A DNA stretch of 64,000 nt. Source: an uncultured Acidobacteriota bacterium. Its GTDB lineage: Bacteria > Acidobacteriota > Terriglobia > Acidiferrales > UBA7541. Position numbers and translations under genes: made by a program. Under the pieces are notes generated by a model. That model saw nothing but the letters and a program-made list of their open reading frames with translations, did not search any database and had not been told where the DNA came from. The stretch's first letter is position 1; the number at the start of each line of letters is the position of its first letter. Location: contig CAVZZU010000009.1 of the NCBI GenBank assembly GCA_963779825.1, positions 72,258 through 136,257 on the forward strand, in the 5' to 3' direction. Positions 19,991 to 29,438 of the stretch are shown here, in pieces.

Positions 19991-20881
19991 ATGAGCCAAG
20001 CCTCAACAGAGATTGTTCGGATATCGGGACACGCCGGGAGTGTCCCGGGCGCTGGCGTGAATCGCGAATATCAAGTTTGCAAGCTCGTTGACACCACGAC
20101 ATGCATCGGCTGCAAAGCATGCGAAGTAGCCTGCCTGGAATGGAACGGCTACACGTTCAGCGAAACCACTTTTGACAATTCGTACCAGACCATGCCGGAG
20201 ACGGCCTGGAACTACTGGAATCTGATCAAGTTCAACGAACACGAGCGCGAAGACGGCAGCATGATGCTGCTGATGCGCAAAGATCAGTGCATGCACTGCG
20301 AAGATCCGGGCTGCCTCGCGGCCTGCCCCGCGGATGCCGCGATCGTGCAGTATGCCAACGGAATCGTTGATTTCCAGGAAGCCAACTGCATCGGTTGCGG
20401 CTATTGCATCACGGGCTGTCCGTTCAATATTCCAAAATTCAGTCCGACGGCGCGCAAGGTTTTCAAGTGTACGCTGTGCAACGATCGCGTGTCGCAAGGC
20501 CTCGAGCCGGCCTGCATCAAGGCATGCCCGACAGGCTGCCTGCATTTCGGGACGAAATCGGAAATGAAGGAACTGGCGGAAACACGAGCCGACCAGCTTC
20601 GCGAACATTCCGGATTCCCGGATGCCGGAGTTTACGACCCGCCGGGGGTTGGCGGCACGCACGTGATTTATGTACTGCACGACGCAAAGAATCCCGAGTT
20701 GTACGGCGGACTGCCGAAAGATCCGCACATTCCGTATTCCGTCTGGCTCTGGAAAAAACCTCTGAAATGGCTAGGCAATCTGGCGATCGTAGGGGGCCTG
20801 GCAGGGCTTGCGTGGCATTACATGCGCTACGGCCCAAAAAGGGAAGAGCCGATCCCGCCAGGCCAAGAGAGACGCCCATGA
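19991..20881 (+). CDS. fdnH: Formate dehydrogenase iron-sulfur (beta) subunit
   Basis: Four Cys clusters (CIGCKACEVAC, CMHCEDPGC, CIGCGYCITGC, CTLCNDR...C) and a C-terminal TM anchor. Confidence 0.92.
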   Translation: MSQASTEIVRISGHAGSVPGAGVNREYQVCKLVDTTTCIGCKACEVACLEWNGYTFSETTFDNSYQTMPETAWNYWNLIKFNEHEREDGSMMLLMRKDQCMHCEDPGCLAACPADAAIVQYANGIVDFQEANCIGCGYCITGCPFNIPKFSPTARKVFKCTLCNDRVSQGLEPACIKACPTGCLHFGTKSEMKELAETRADQLREHSGFPDAGVYDPPGVGGTHVIYVLHDAKNPELYGGLPKDPHIPYSVWLWKKPLKWLGNLAIVGGLAGLAWHYMRYGPKREEPIPPGQERRP

Positions 20882-21558
20882 GCACCGGCACCGTCCAACA
20901 TTCCGCTACTGCGGCAGATCGAAACGAGGAATTGATTTCGCGGTACAGCTTGGGCGAGCGGGCAAACCACTGGCTCGGCGCGCTCACTTACATCTATCTG
21001 TTAGCTACAGGGCTGGCGTTCTGGTCTCCTTACCTGTTTTGGATGGCAGCGGTAGTCGGCGGCGGACCTACCGCAAGATTCTGGCATCCGTGGTTCGGCC
21101 TGATTTTTGCGGCATCGCTCTTCTGGACGTTCAAGGAGTGGCGCCGCGACATGGAGGTGGAAGACGGCGATCGCGCCTGGGCGAAAGCGATACCCGACTA
21201 CATCCAGAACCATGACGAGAAGCTTCCGCCAGTCGGCCGCTTCAACTTTGGACAAAAGCTCTTTTTCTGGGGGATCTTCTACAGCGTGATCTTGCTGCTG
21301 CTCTCCGGTGTCGTCTTGTGGTACACCGAATCGTTACCGTGGAGCCTCCGGTTCGTGCGCTATGCGGCGATTCTGATCCACGCGAGCGCGGCGCTCATCA
21401 CGATCGGCCTGTTCTTAATCCATGTGTATATGAGCACGATCCTCGAAGAGGGCAGCTTCGGTTCCATGGTGCATGGGACCGTCACGCGTGCGTGGGCCTG
21501 GACATTCCATCGGAGCTGGTACTACAAGGTCACCGGTGAATCCCAACCCAAACAATGA
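20878..21558 (+). CDS. fdnI: Formate dehydrogenase cytochrome b556 (gamma) subunit
   Basis: The ATG overlaps the fdnH stop (ATGA). Four TM helices with conserved His residues. The ORF-track N-terminal extension overlaps fdnH and was not used. Confidence 0.85.
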   Translation: MSTGTVQHSATAADRNEELISRYSLGERANHWLGALTYIYLLATGLAFWSPYLFWMAAVVGGGPTARFWHPWFGLIFAASLFWTFKEWRRDMEVEDGDRAWAKAIPDYIQNHDEKLPPVGRFNFGQKLFFWGIFYSVILLLLSGVVLWYTESLPWSLRFVRYAAILIHASAALITIGLFLIHVYMSTILEEGSFGSMVHGTVTRAWAWTFHRSWYYKVTGESQPKQ

Positions 21559-22394
21559 TTGATCCGAAGTGGGATCGCCGCATCCGTCGTGCTAACGAGC
21601 TCGCTTCCACTTATCCATTCGCTGCGGAAGGTCTACGCTATTACGCTCACCTCGTGGCATTTCAGAAAAGCCTGTACGCCGAAATTGGAAAAGCTCTCGC
21701 GGATTCGCCCAAGATTACCGACGGCCGTCCCCTACGCGACGAATTAGATCTCTTTCTCCTGCTTCCTCGTTTCCCGGGGTTTCTGTCAACGATCCAGCAT
21801 GTTGCTCCTGCTCCGCTGGCCGAAGCCGCCGCTCAGCTGGCGCAGCAAGGAAGTGCCGGGTGGCAGCGCGCAATTGAAAGGTTTTGGTACGACGAGTCGG
21901 GATCGGATACAACTGCGAACGATGCGGCGCCGATCGAGCCCGCGGATTCCGATCGATTGCTCGCATGGGTTTTTCTTCAACCCTACGCCGAGTATCTTGC
22001 CGATCACCGCGAAATCGCAGTTGTGCATGGGACTCCGTCAACTTGTCCGCTTTGCGGCGGCAGACCCGTTGTTGGTGTCTTGCGACGCGAAGGCGATGGC
22101 GCGAAAAAATCCCTCATCTGCATGCTCTGTGCGCACGAGTGGGCGTTCCGCAGAATTTATTGCCCGGCGTGCGGAGAAGAACGAGAACCGCAAATGGCAT
22201 TCTATTCCGCGCCCGAAATCGCGCACGTTCGCGTGGACGTCTGCGACACGTGCCATTCCTACCTGAAAACTATCGATTTGACGAAAACGGGCCTGGCGGT
22301 TCCCGTGGTGGACGAGCTGGCTACGATTCCCCTCGACCTGTGGGCACGCGAACACGGCTATGAGAAGCTGCAATTCAATCTGGTGGGGACCTGA
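21555..22394 (+). CDS. fdhE: Formate dehydrogenase accessory protein FdhE
   Basis: CPLCG, CMLC, CPAC and CDTC pairs typical of FdhE. 4-nt overlap with fdnI. Confidence 0.85.
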   Translation: MIDPKWDRRIRRANELASTYPFAAEGLRYYAHLVAFQKSLYAEIGKALADSPKITDGRPLRDELDLFLLLPRFPGFLSTIQHVAPAPLAEAAAQLAQQGSAGWQRAIERFWYDESGSDTTANDAAPIEPADSDRLLAWVFLQPYAEYLADHREIAVVHGTPSTCPLCGGRPVVGVLRREGDGAKKSLICMLCAHEWAFRRIYCPACGEEREPQMAFYSAPEIAHVRVDVCDTCHSYLKTIDLTKTGLAVPVVDELATIPLDLWAREHGYEKLQFNLVGT

Positions 22395-22828
22395 CTAAAC
22401 AAGCGACAAGAGTCTGTACCGCGGAGGATGTTGCCTCCAGCCTTGGAGTCGTTAGGCGCGTGGCGCACCCTTTGGGTTCCCGCATGCCGTCAATTCCGTC
22501 CCCGCTGAGCGTTCTCCGCGGCGGCCTGCCCATTCGTCCAGTCCTATAACCTGTCCTTTTTTCTCGGTGTAAACTCTTGAAACTCTCGCGGCGCCGTGCC
22601 AGCCTCAAGTGTGATGAAAGTTGTCCGCCCTCCGAGCGAGGGCGCGACGCTCTTCGAAAAATGACGATGCGACCAGCATCGGCATCCCGAGCGACAAACA
22701 GGAGCCGAGGGATCTCTCTTCGCCTGCAGGGCTCCCAGTGTCGACGGCGAGTCGAGCCTGGGAGATCAGTGGGCTGAGGAGCCTCAGTCTCGGCGTCTGT
22801 CTACCCGGCGAGAACCTGCGTTTCGTCG

Positions 22829-22922
22829 CATTCTACTCGACACAGCGTGCCGAGTAGATTTTGAGCTAACTCATTCAAAACAAAGAGGCGACGTGAGCGC
22901 TACCCGACACAGATCGAGGGGT
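22829..22922. repeat. Copy 1 of a ~90-bp intergenic repeat: hairpin CTACTCG-N11-CGAGTAG, then a second TACCCGACACA box 66 nt downstream
   Basis: It aligns by eye with 52183-52270. Shared blocks are TACTCGACACA, TGCCGAGTA, TAACTC and AACAAA. Box spacing is conserved (66 vs 67 nt). Confidence 0.6.
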
Positions 22923-22937
22923 CCCGCAGCACCGTTA

Positions 22938-24668
22938 TCAATTTGGGTAAGGCACGCGCAGCAGGGTCCCCGAAGTGGACGGCAAGACGTAGCGGATGCC
23001 GACGTAGACCATGCTGAGATGCGCATTCTTGGGGTCACCCGGACCCACGTACCAGGGAGCGCGAGTCAGATAGGAATACTGTGTGTAATACTGCAGCGCT
23101 CCGTACCTCTCGCTCTTCCAAAAAGTCAGCAGCCAATCGAACGTGGCCTGCTGGATGGCGCGATTATTTGTATTGGGGGAACCCGGACCACCGTAACCGA
23201 TAATCGTTCCCGGATGGGCGGTGTTGGTCGTGTCAGGAAAGAAATTTCGCCCGTAATAATCTGCACCGTAATAAACAGCGAAGGCTTGTTTCGGGCTTGC
23301 TCTCCACTCCAGGCCGGCTGAGCCCGCTCCGGCATGCAGCATCGAAAGATTGACGTCGGTGCCGGCAGGGTTTGGGCGAACCACGAGTTGCGGCCCCGTT
23401 CCTACGAGGTAGTGAGCGCCACCGTCGCTCCAAAACACGTTCGCGAGGACAACGAGCTTGTTGGGCAACAGGTCGTAGTTCGTGGCGAATTGGCCACCGC
23501 CGCCGAATGTCGTGTGCGTATTGTACGCAGTAGATCCGATGGGGATCACCGTGGCGTGAGCGCCGGTAAGAAAACCCGTAAGTTCCGCGTGAAAATGTCT
23601 GGCGCCGAGACTGGTGTCGTAGGTGGTCTTGGCGATGATGTCCGGCATGAGGTTCGCGGCTCCCGCGTTGGCGTTGTTATCGAACTGCGAACCAATCGCA
23701 GTGAACTGCGCCGGGAGCGCGACATAGGTGCCGATAAATTGGTTGGAATTTTCAATACCTATCCCGACTGCCCAATGTTCGTTGGGGTGATACGCGACGC
23801 GGAACTCGGCCGCCCGCGTATAAGGCACTCCCATGCCAAGGTTTTGGTCCTCGTTGTACGTGATAGCCAAATCGGACGGGAGCGGGCCGATGCCATCACG
23901 GTTCGGCGTCAGCCAGCTCCAGGTTTGTCCGCCTACAAATACCCACTTACCATGCCTTGCATATCCAAAGTAAAGCCGCAGTCGGTTGGTGAGACCGTTC
24001 ACGCTTTGATAGACGCCGGGGGCGCTGTTTCCGCTGAAATCACCTTCGACGTAGCCCAGGAAGTCAGTGCCTCTAAAAGTGTCTTCGATCTTGAAGTTGA
24101 GGCGGGAGAATTGCGCCGTGGTGCGGATTTCAGAGACATTTCCTAGTGCCGTGTTGCTGAAAGGTATGCCCGCGAAATTGGTGGCGATATTACTCTGAGT
24201 ATTCGTGGTCCGATATATATTTTCGAAGTCAACGAATCCACCGGGCGTCAGTACGGCATCGCCGATTTTGATGGACGCTGGCGGAGCTGGCGGTCCCGCT
24301 TGCTGCGCTTGCGGATTCGCGGACTGGCTCGAGGTGTTCGCAACGTCGTTCGGGATTTCCGGCGAAAGGTCTGACGGATTCGCGTTAAGCGGCGCCGGAC
24401 TTGCAGAAATTGCCTCGGTCTTTGCGGATATTAAGGCGATACCACCCGTCGCGGTTTGTTCCGTTTTCGATTGCGCCTTCAGGATTTCAATTTCCTGCTG
24501 TTGTGCGGCCACTTGCTGCTGAGTTCGCAACAGTGCTTCGCGGAGAGCCTGCACCTCAGTCCCAACATCCGAGGTGTTGGACGACGAATCAGCCTGGGCG
24601 GTAGTCTGACCGTGCACAAATCCGGGTACCACCAGCAGGAGCCACACAGCGTACAAAAAGTTTCGCAT
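22938..24668 (-). CDS. Outer-membrane porin-like protein with an N-terminal coiled-coil segment
   Basis: Signal peptide MRNFLYAVWLLLVVPGFVHG, a Q/A-rich heptad stretch, then a long alternating beta-strand pattern rich in G/Y/N/T. Start chosen at 24668 (GAGG upstream). Confidence 0.6.
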   Translation of the reverse strand: MRNFLYAVWLLLVVPGFVHGQTTAQADSSSNTSDVGTEVQALREALLRTQQQVAAQQQEIEILKAQSKTEQTATGGIALISAKTEAISASPAPLNANPSDLSPEIPNDVANTSSQSANPQAQQAGPPAPPASIKIGDAVLTPGGFVDFENIYRTTNTQSNIATNFAGIPFSNTALGNVSEIRTTAQFSRLNFKIEDTFRGTDFLGYVEGDFSGNSAPGVYQSVNGLTNRLRLYFGYARHGKWVFVGGQTWSWLTPNRDGIGPLPSDLAITYNEDQNLGMGVPYTRAAEFRVAYHPNEHWAVGIGIENSNQFIGTYVALPAQFTAIGSQFDNNANAGAANLMPDIIAKTTYDTSLGARHFHAELTGFLTGAHATVIPIGSTAYNTHTTFGGGGQFATNYDLLPNKLVVLANVFWSDGGAHYLVGTGPQLVVRPNPAGTDVNLSMLHAGAGSAGLEWRASPKQAFAVYYGADYYGRNFFPDTTNTAHPGTIIGYGGPGSPNTNNRAIQQATFDWLLTFWKSERYGALQYYTQYSYLTRAPWYVGPGDPKNAHLSMVYVGIRYVLPSTSGTLLRVPYPN

Positions 24669-24835
24669 CGCGAACCTCAATCCCATTGATTGTGTGACAT
24701 TCACACAAAGTCATCACGTACCCGAGCCGCCGGGGATTGCCACACTCCCGCCCGGGCGCGTGACAATCCGACGGCAATTGTTGGCCGACGAAGATCGCCT
24801 CGGCGAAGGACGCCTCAGCGATTTCGAATGTCGGT

Positions 24836-26584
24836 CTAGATCGACTCCAGTGACTCGCCGATATGTCGAATATTGCCTTTGACTGTGTCCATAACTTCTT
24901 CGAGGTTCCCCGCGAGCACCATCTTCCCCAGGGCCAACGCGAAGCCCACCGCTTGCGACTTATCGGCATGCGAAGGTATCGAAAGAGCATTTGGATCAGT
25001 CACCACATCAATGAGCGCGGGCCCCGGATGCTGCAGCGCCTTCTTGAGGCCCGAGGTCAAATCAGCGGGGTTTTCGATTCGTACACCCATCATGCCGACG
25101 GCTTCGGCAAGCTTTGCGAAGTTTGGATTCTTCAGGTCGGTTTGATAGTCCGGCCACCCCCCGGTTTCCATCTCGAGTTTCACCATCCCTAGTGCGCTGT
25201 TGTCGAACACGACTACCTTAATGGGGAGGTTGTACTGGGTCAGTGTCAACAAATCACCCATGAGCATCGCGAAACCGCCATCTCCGGACACCGAGATGAC
25301 CTGTCTACCGGGATAGGCACATTGAGCGCCGATGGCCTGAGGAAGCGCGTTCGCCATGGACCCGTGGTTAAAGGAACCGATGAGCCGCCGGTCCTTGGTC
25401 GCCTTGATATACCGGGCGGACCAGACGTTGCACATGCCGGTGTCCGCTGTGAAGATTGCGTCGGGCGCCGCAACTTCACTCAGAGCTGCTGCGACGGGCT
25501 CCGGGTGCATGGGCAAGCGTTTTCCCACGTGGTCCACGTACACATTCATTTTTCGAACCTTCTCTTTGTGCTTGCCGAGCGTGGCAGCTAGGTATGCTCC
25601 GTCCTGTTTTGTGTCCAACATCGGCAGCAGGGCTTCCAGCGTCTCGCGCACGTCGCCCCAGATTCCAAGGTCGAGCTTGCTCCGCCGTCCCAAACGCTCA
25701 ACTCGGATGTCAATTTGGGCGATCTTGGTATTCGTCGGCAGGAATTTGTCGTACGGAAAATCGGTGCCCAGAAGTAGCAGAAGGTCGCATTCGTGGATCG
25801 CCTCGTAACACATCCCGAAACCAATCATGCCGGTCATTCCCACGTCGTAAGGATTGTCATATTCGACGAACGGCTTTCCCCGGTAGGTATGCCCAACCGG
25901 AGCTTTCACTTTCTCGGCGAGAGCGACTACCTCATCGTGGGCTTTCTCGCATCCAATTCCGCACATGAGTGCAACTTTCTTCGCGGAATTGATCAGGTCC
26001 GCCAGCTTGGCCAGGTCCTTTTCGCCGGGACGGACGCTCGGCCGTTTGGTTACCAGGGAACGCGCAGAGCTCTCGGGGGGTAATTCCGCTCCAGCCAGGT
26101 CGCCAGGCAGCACGATCACGCCTACTCCACCTTTTCCAATGGCATTCTGCATGGCGATGTGCAGAACGCGCTCAAACTGAGCTGGATTCGTGATCATCTC
26201 GCAATAGTGGCTGCATTCCTGAAACAGATTTTGTGGATGCGTTTCCTGAAAATATCCGGTGCCGATCTCACTGCTGGGAATGTGCGATGCGATTGCAAGC
26301 ACCGGAGCATTGCTCCGGTGAGAGTCGAAAAGGCCGTTGATCAGGTGGAGGTTGCCGGGACCGCAGCTCCCCGCGCAGGCGGCGAGCTTGCCGGTGAGCT
26401 GTGCTTCCGCGCCGGCCGCAAACGCGCCGGCTTCTTCGTTGCGCACATGGATCCACTTAACTTTATTGTTCAGCCGCAGCGCGTCCGTCACCGGATTCAG
26501 GCTGTCGCCCACTACCCCGTAGATCCTTTCCACGCCCGCTTCGGCAAGCCTGCGAATTAATTCATCTGCAAGTCTGTGTGGCAT
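24836..26584 (-). CDS. poxB: Thiamine-diphosphate-dependent pyruvate oxidase / pyruvate dehydrogenase (quinone)-like enzyme
   Basis: N-terminus reads MPHRLADELIRRLAEAGVERIYGVVGDSL. ThDP motif GDGGFAMLMGDLLT...N. About 582 aa. Confidence 0.8.
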   Translation of the reverse strand: MPHRLADELIRRLAEAGVERIYGVVGDSLNPVTDALRLNNKVKWIHVRNEEAGAFAAGAEAQLTGKLAACAGSCGPGNLHLINGLFDSHRSNAPVLAIASHIPSSEIGTGYFQETHPQNLFQECSHYCEMITNPAQFERVLHIAMQNAIGKGGVGVIVLPGDLAGAELPPESSARSLVTKRPSVRPGEKDLAKLADLINSAKKVALMCGIGCEKAHDEVVALAEKVKAPVGHTYRGKPFVEYDNPYDVGMTGMIGFGMCYEAIHECDLLLLLGTDFPYDKFLPTNTKIAQIDIRVERLGRRSKLDLGIWGDVRETLEALLPMLDTKQDGAYLAATLGKHKEKVRKMNVYVDHVGKRLPMHPEPVAAALSEVAAPDAIFTADTGMCNVWSARYIKATKDRRLIGSFNHGSMANALPQAIGAQCAYPGRQVISVSGDGGFAMLMGDLLTLTQYNLPIKVVVFDNSALGMVKLEMETGGWPDYQTDLKNPNFAKLAEAVGMMGVRIENPADLTSGLKKALQHPGPALIDVVTDPNALSIPSHADKSQAVGFALALGKMVLAGNLEEVMDTVKGNIRHIGESLESI

Positions 26585-26678
26585 TTTTTCTGCCTCCCTT
26601 ATTTGTCTCCGTACTCTTGAAACGAGATGAATCCGAATTAAAGCGGCGAGGGCATCTTCGGCCTGTGCCGCATTGTTG

Positions 26679-27953
26679 CTATTTCGACCCCGCTGTCGCA
26701 TGCGCGGCTACGGCCGGTCCGGTTTCCCGAATGAAAAAGCTCACGACGATCGCAGCGGCGCAGCACACCATCCAAAAGGATGTCCCATTCTGGAAATGCA
26801 AGTGCAGGTTCGCCGAATTCCCGATGCCTTTGCCGACGTGTCTCGCGTAAACCGGGCCTAGAAAAGCCGTGATTCCGAAAACGAGGAAATTGATCCCACC
26901 CGCGGCGCTGCCCTTTACACTATCAGGATTGACTTCCTTGATGACACTGTAGGGAATCATCGCGGCGCCTGAAGCAACACCGAACAGGAACATGGCGACG
27001 TGCACCGGAAGCGGGAGTGGTTTGAAGGCAATCTGAGCGGCAGCCAAAATCATGAAAGCCGCGCTCCCGATAATCACCGGTTTTCGCCTTCCAATGCGGT
27101 CGGATAGCCATCCGAGCAGCGGGCACCCGAAAACCCAGCCGAGGGGAACCATTGACGCAACCACCACTGCGTCGTGATAGGAAAACTGCAAGTCTTTTTG
27201 AAACGCCGCTACACCCCAAATCATGTCTCCAATTGTTGTCGGTGCGAACAGCAGTCCGGCGACTATTCCGCAGAGATAAGACTGAGGGTTCGAAAAAACG
27301 ATCTTGTACGGCTTCAGGATTGAGCTGAAGCCTCCTTCCTGGGCGTGAGGTCCGAACTGTTCCTTAGGCGTCGCCACGTATAACACCAACGCGTTCGCGA
27401 TAATAATGACTCCCAGCCCAATCCACAGCGCGTGAACATTCACTCCATGCTCGATCAAGGGCCCTACGACAAACTGTCCGGCCGAACCACCCAACATTCC
27501 AACGCATTGAGTGGCCCCAATCGCTGTTGCAAGGTAGCGTGCGGAAAATCCGTGGGCGGCAAGGTAGACGGCGCCCGTGAATGCAAAGGCTGAGCCGGCT
27601 CCCTGGAGCAATCGCCCTACATCACCTGCGGATACGGCGGCTACGCTAAAGCAGAGGCATCCGATGCCCAAAATGGCAGTGCCAACAGGCACTGTGCGCT
27701 TGGCTCCTAAATGATCAAGGGCCGCTCCAGCGACCAGACTCATCGTGGAATAGGTGTAGTAGTAGGCCCCGAGAATCGCACTGATGCCGAGCGCCGTGGT
27801 GTGGAATGCAGATTCCAGCTCTGGAATCATCACGGCAGGGGAAGACCTCACTGCATACTCAAGGAAGTAGAAGACAACGGTGAAAGCCCAAGCGATGGCA
27901 AAAGCGCGTGTTTGGGTCCCGGTCTGATCTTGCTTTACCGCCAATGTGCTCAT
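26679..27953 (-). CDS. MFS transporter
   Basis: 12 predicted TM segments and an MFS-type loop motif (DRIGRRKPV). Confidence 0.85.
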   Translation of the reverse strand: MSTLAVKQDQTGTQTRAFAIAWAFTVVFYFLEYAVRSSPAVMIPELESAFHTTALGISAILGAYYYTYSTMSLVAGAALDHLGAKRTVPVGTAILGIGCLCFSVAAVSAGDVGRLLQGAGSAFAFTGAVYLAAHGFSARYLATAIGATQCVGMLGGSAGQFVVGPLIEHGVNVHALWIGLGVIIIANALVLYVATPKEQFGPHAQEGGFSSILKPYKIVFSNPQSYLCGIVAGLLFAPTTIGDMIWGVAAFQKDLQFSYHDAVVVASMVPLGWVFGCPLLGWLSDRIGRRKPVIIGSAAFMILAAAQIAFKPLPLPVHVAMFLFGVASGAAMIPYSVIKEVNPDSVKGSAAGGINFLVFGITAFLGPVYARHVGKGIGNSANLHLHFQNGTSFWMVCCAAAIVVSFFIRETGPAVAAHATAGSK

Positions 27954-28338
27954 GGGTCTCTGAACCTTTGCTCCGCAGGAACAGGAGATCTATCTCCCGC
28001 CCGTCGGCGAAATCCTTGCGCTCCCCTTGTCGCCCAGCAAGCAATGCGGAGGAGCAAGACACACAGACAAGGGGCATTTCATGGCCCAATTGGCCATTCG
28101 TTCAGAGTGATGAATAAGCGCGGCTTACGTCGCTCGCGCGACGGGCTTGGCCCGATGTTGGTGTTAGCGTGCTCGCAACTGCTGGGGTATTGACACTCCT
28201 AGTGGATCTTCGCGGAGTTGAGAAACGGCAGGTCGAAATCTCAGCGTTGTCAGGAGGAAGATATTGCTGGGAATCAAATCTAGAGCGACGCTTGGGTTAG
28301 AGAGTTGAGCCAGGCAGGGGTGGATGTTAAGGGCTCGC

Positions 28339-28364
28339 AAAAAAATCGCTTCGGTGCTCCGATT
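28339..28364 (-). terminator. Possible weak intrinsic terminator at the end of the respiratory operon
   Basis: On the minus strand: AATCG/CGATT stem with an 11-nt loop, followed by T7. It starts 4 nt after the stop at 28368. Confidence 0.3.
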
Positions 28365-28367
28365 GCC

Positions 28368-29438
28368 CTACTTACTTTCTAAAGTGTCCTTGATCGCCAT
28401 GAGTGACTTCTTGAGCGAAGACGCCGAGCGATCCACCGCTACTTTTCTGACGATCGATCCTTTGAAACCAGTCAGACCGGTCTGCTCGGAGCCCATGGCC
28501 ATAATGAGATAGAAACCGGGACTCGAGGAATCGGTGGCCTCGGGAATACAAAATGTAAGGTCCAGCGCGGTTTCAAAATAGTGGCTTGAATAGAGCTGTT
28601 TTTCAGCCACTATGATTTCGGGCCCCGCCGGAGTATCTCGCCGTAACGTCAGCACGTGCACCACGCGAAGAGTCGGTTTCAATCCGAATTTAACCTTTGC
28701 CCAGTAGAAAGTATTTTCGACGTCAGACGGCTGTGCGTCAGGATAGGTCAGAAGATAATTGTAGAAATCCGGAAAGTACCTTGGCAGGGCCTTTGAATAG
28801 CTGAGCATGTATTTGAACTGCTCGGGCACGATTGTGGGGTTGTGCTTGTCGTTGTACACGCCGAGAATCTGGTTTCCCTCCCGCTGGTAGGCCAGGAGGC
28901 GTGTGAGCGCCGTCCGTTGGACGAACCGATTCACCTGATCCACCGCATCAGGGGCCGACAAGTCAATGGAGCTATGGAGCTCTTCGATGGAGCTTGTCGG
29001 CATCTGAACCTCGCAGTTGCCGGTTTTGCAATTCTTCAGTTCCTTTATGTCCTCGCTCTCAAACGTAAAATCCTTCAGGTCTGAAAGCTGAGGAGGGTCG
29101 CTGAATTGGTTGATTGCGAGATATCCAGGAAGCGTGCGAAGGCGATCGAAATCGCGAGAGAGCTTCAGGTAGCTTTCCGCTGCTGCTTTGATGTAGACCG
29201 CGCCAAACACGAAGATTTCGTCAGCGGTGCGCGATTGCAGGTTCTTGGTGACAGCGTCGCCATTCCGGATGGAAGTAATCTGGTCATCGTTCAACCCAAT
29301 ATATTCCGTGAAATAGGTTCGCAAATCAGGATTAGCCTGAGAAAACGAGGTTGAGACGACTGCAGAAATCAAGGCGAACAAGACGACGACTCGCAAGTAG
29401 CGTGACGTCGTTAGCCTCCCACCATCGCGGGTATTCAT
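28368..29438 (-). CDS. Hypothetical secreted protein (356 aa)
   Basis: N-terminal signal/anchor LRVVVLFALISAVVSTSFSQA. No family recognised. ATGA overlap with the upstream ORF. Confidence 0.6.
   Translation of the reverse strand: MNTRDGGRLTTSRYLRVVVLFALISAVVSTSFSQANPDLRTYFTEYIGLNDDQITSIRNGDAVTKNLQSRTADEIFVFGAVYIKAAAESYLKLSRDFDRLRTLPGYLAINQFSDPPQLSDLKDFTFESEDIKELKNCKTGNCEVQMPTSSIEELHSSIDLSAPDAVDQVNRFVQRTALTRLLAYQREGNQILGVYNDKHNPTIVPEQFKYMLSYSKALPRYFPDFYNYLLTYPDAQPSDVENTFYWAKVKFGLKPTLRVVHVLTLRRDTPAGPEIIVAEKQLYSSHYFETALDLTFCIPEATDSSSPGFYLIMAMGSEQTGLTGFKGSIVRKVAVDRSASSLKKSLMAIKDTLESK

Noticed and set aside
20395-20877. The N-terminal extension of the fdnI ORF given by the ORF track (387 aa).
   Set aside because: The extension overlaps fdnH in another frame and is Arg-rich nonsense. 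An ATG at 20878 overlapping the fdnH stop gives a normal-sized gamma subunit.
22395-22937. A search for selC (tRNA-Sec) or any tRNA next to the Sec-dependent fdh operon.
   Set aside because: No T-loop (GTTCGA/TTCGA with flanking stem) or long acceptor stem was found on either strand.
26585-26701. The N-terminal extension of the PoxB-like ORF. Likewise 30814-31065 (ctaB), 41757-41870 (TolC-like) and 61848-61949 (S9 peptidase).
   Set aside because: The extensions overlap neighbouring genes or a terminator and lack homology-like sequence. The internal starts coincide with stop/start coupling or good SD sequences.
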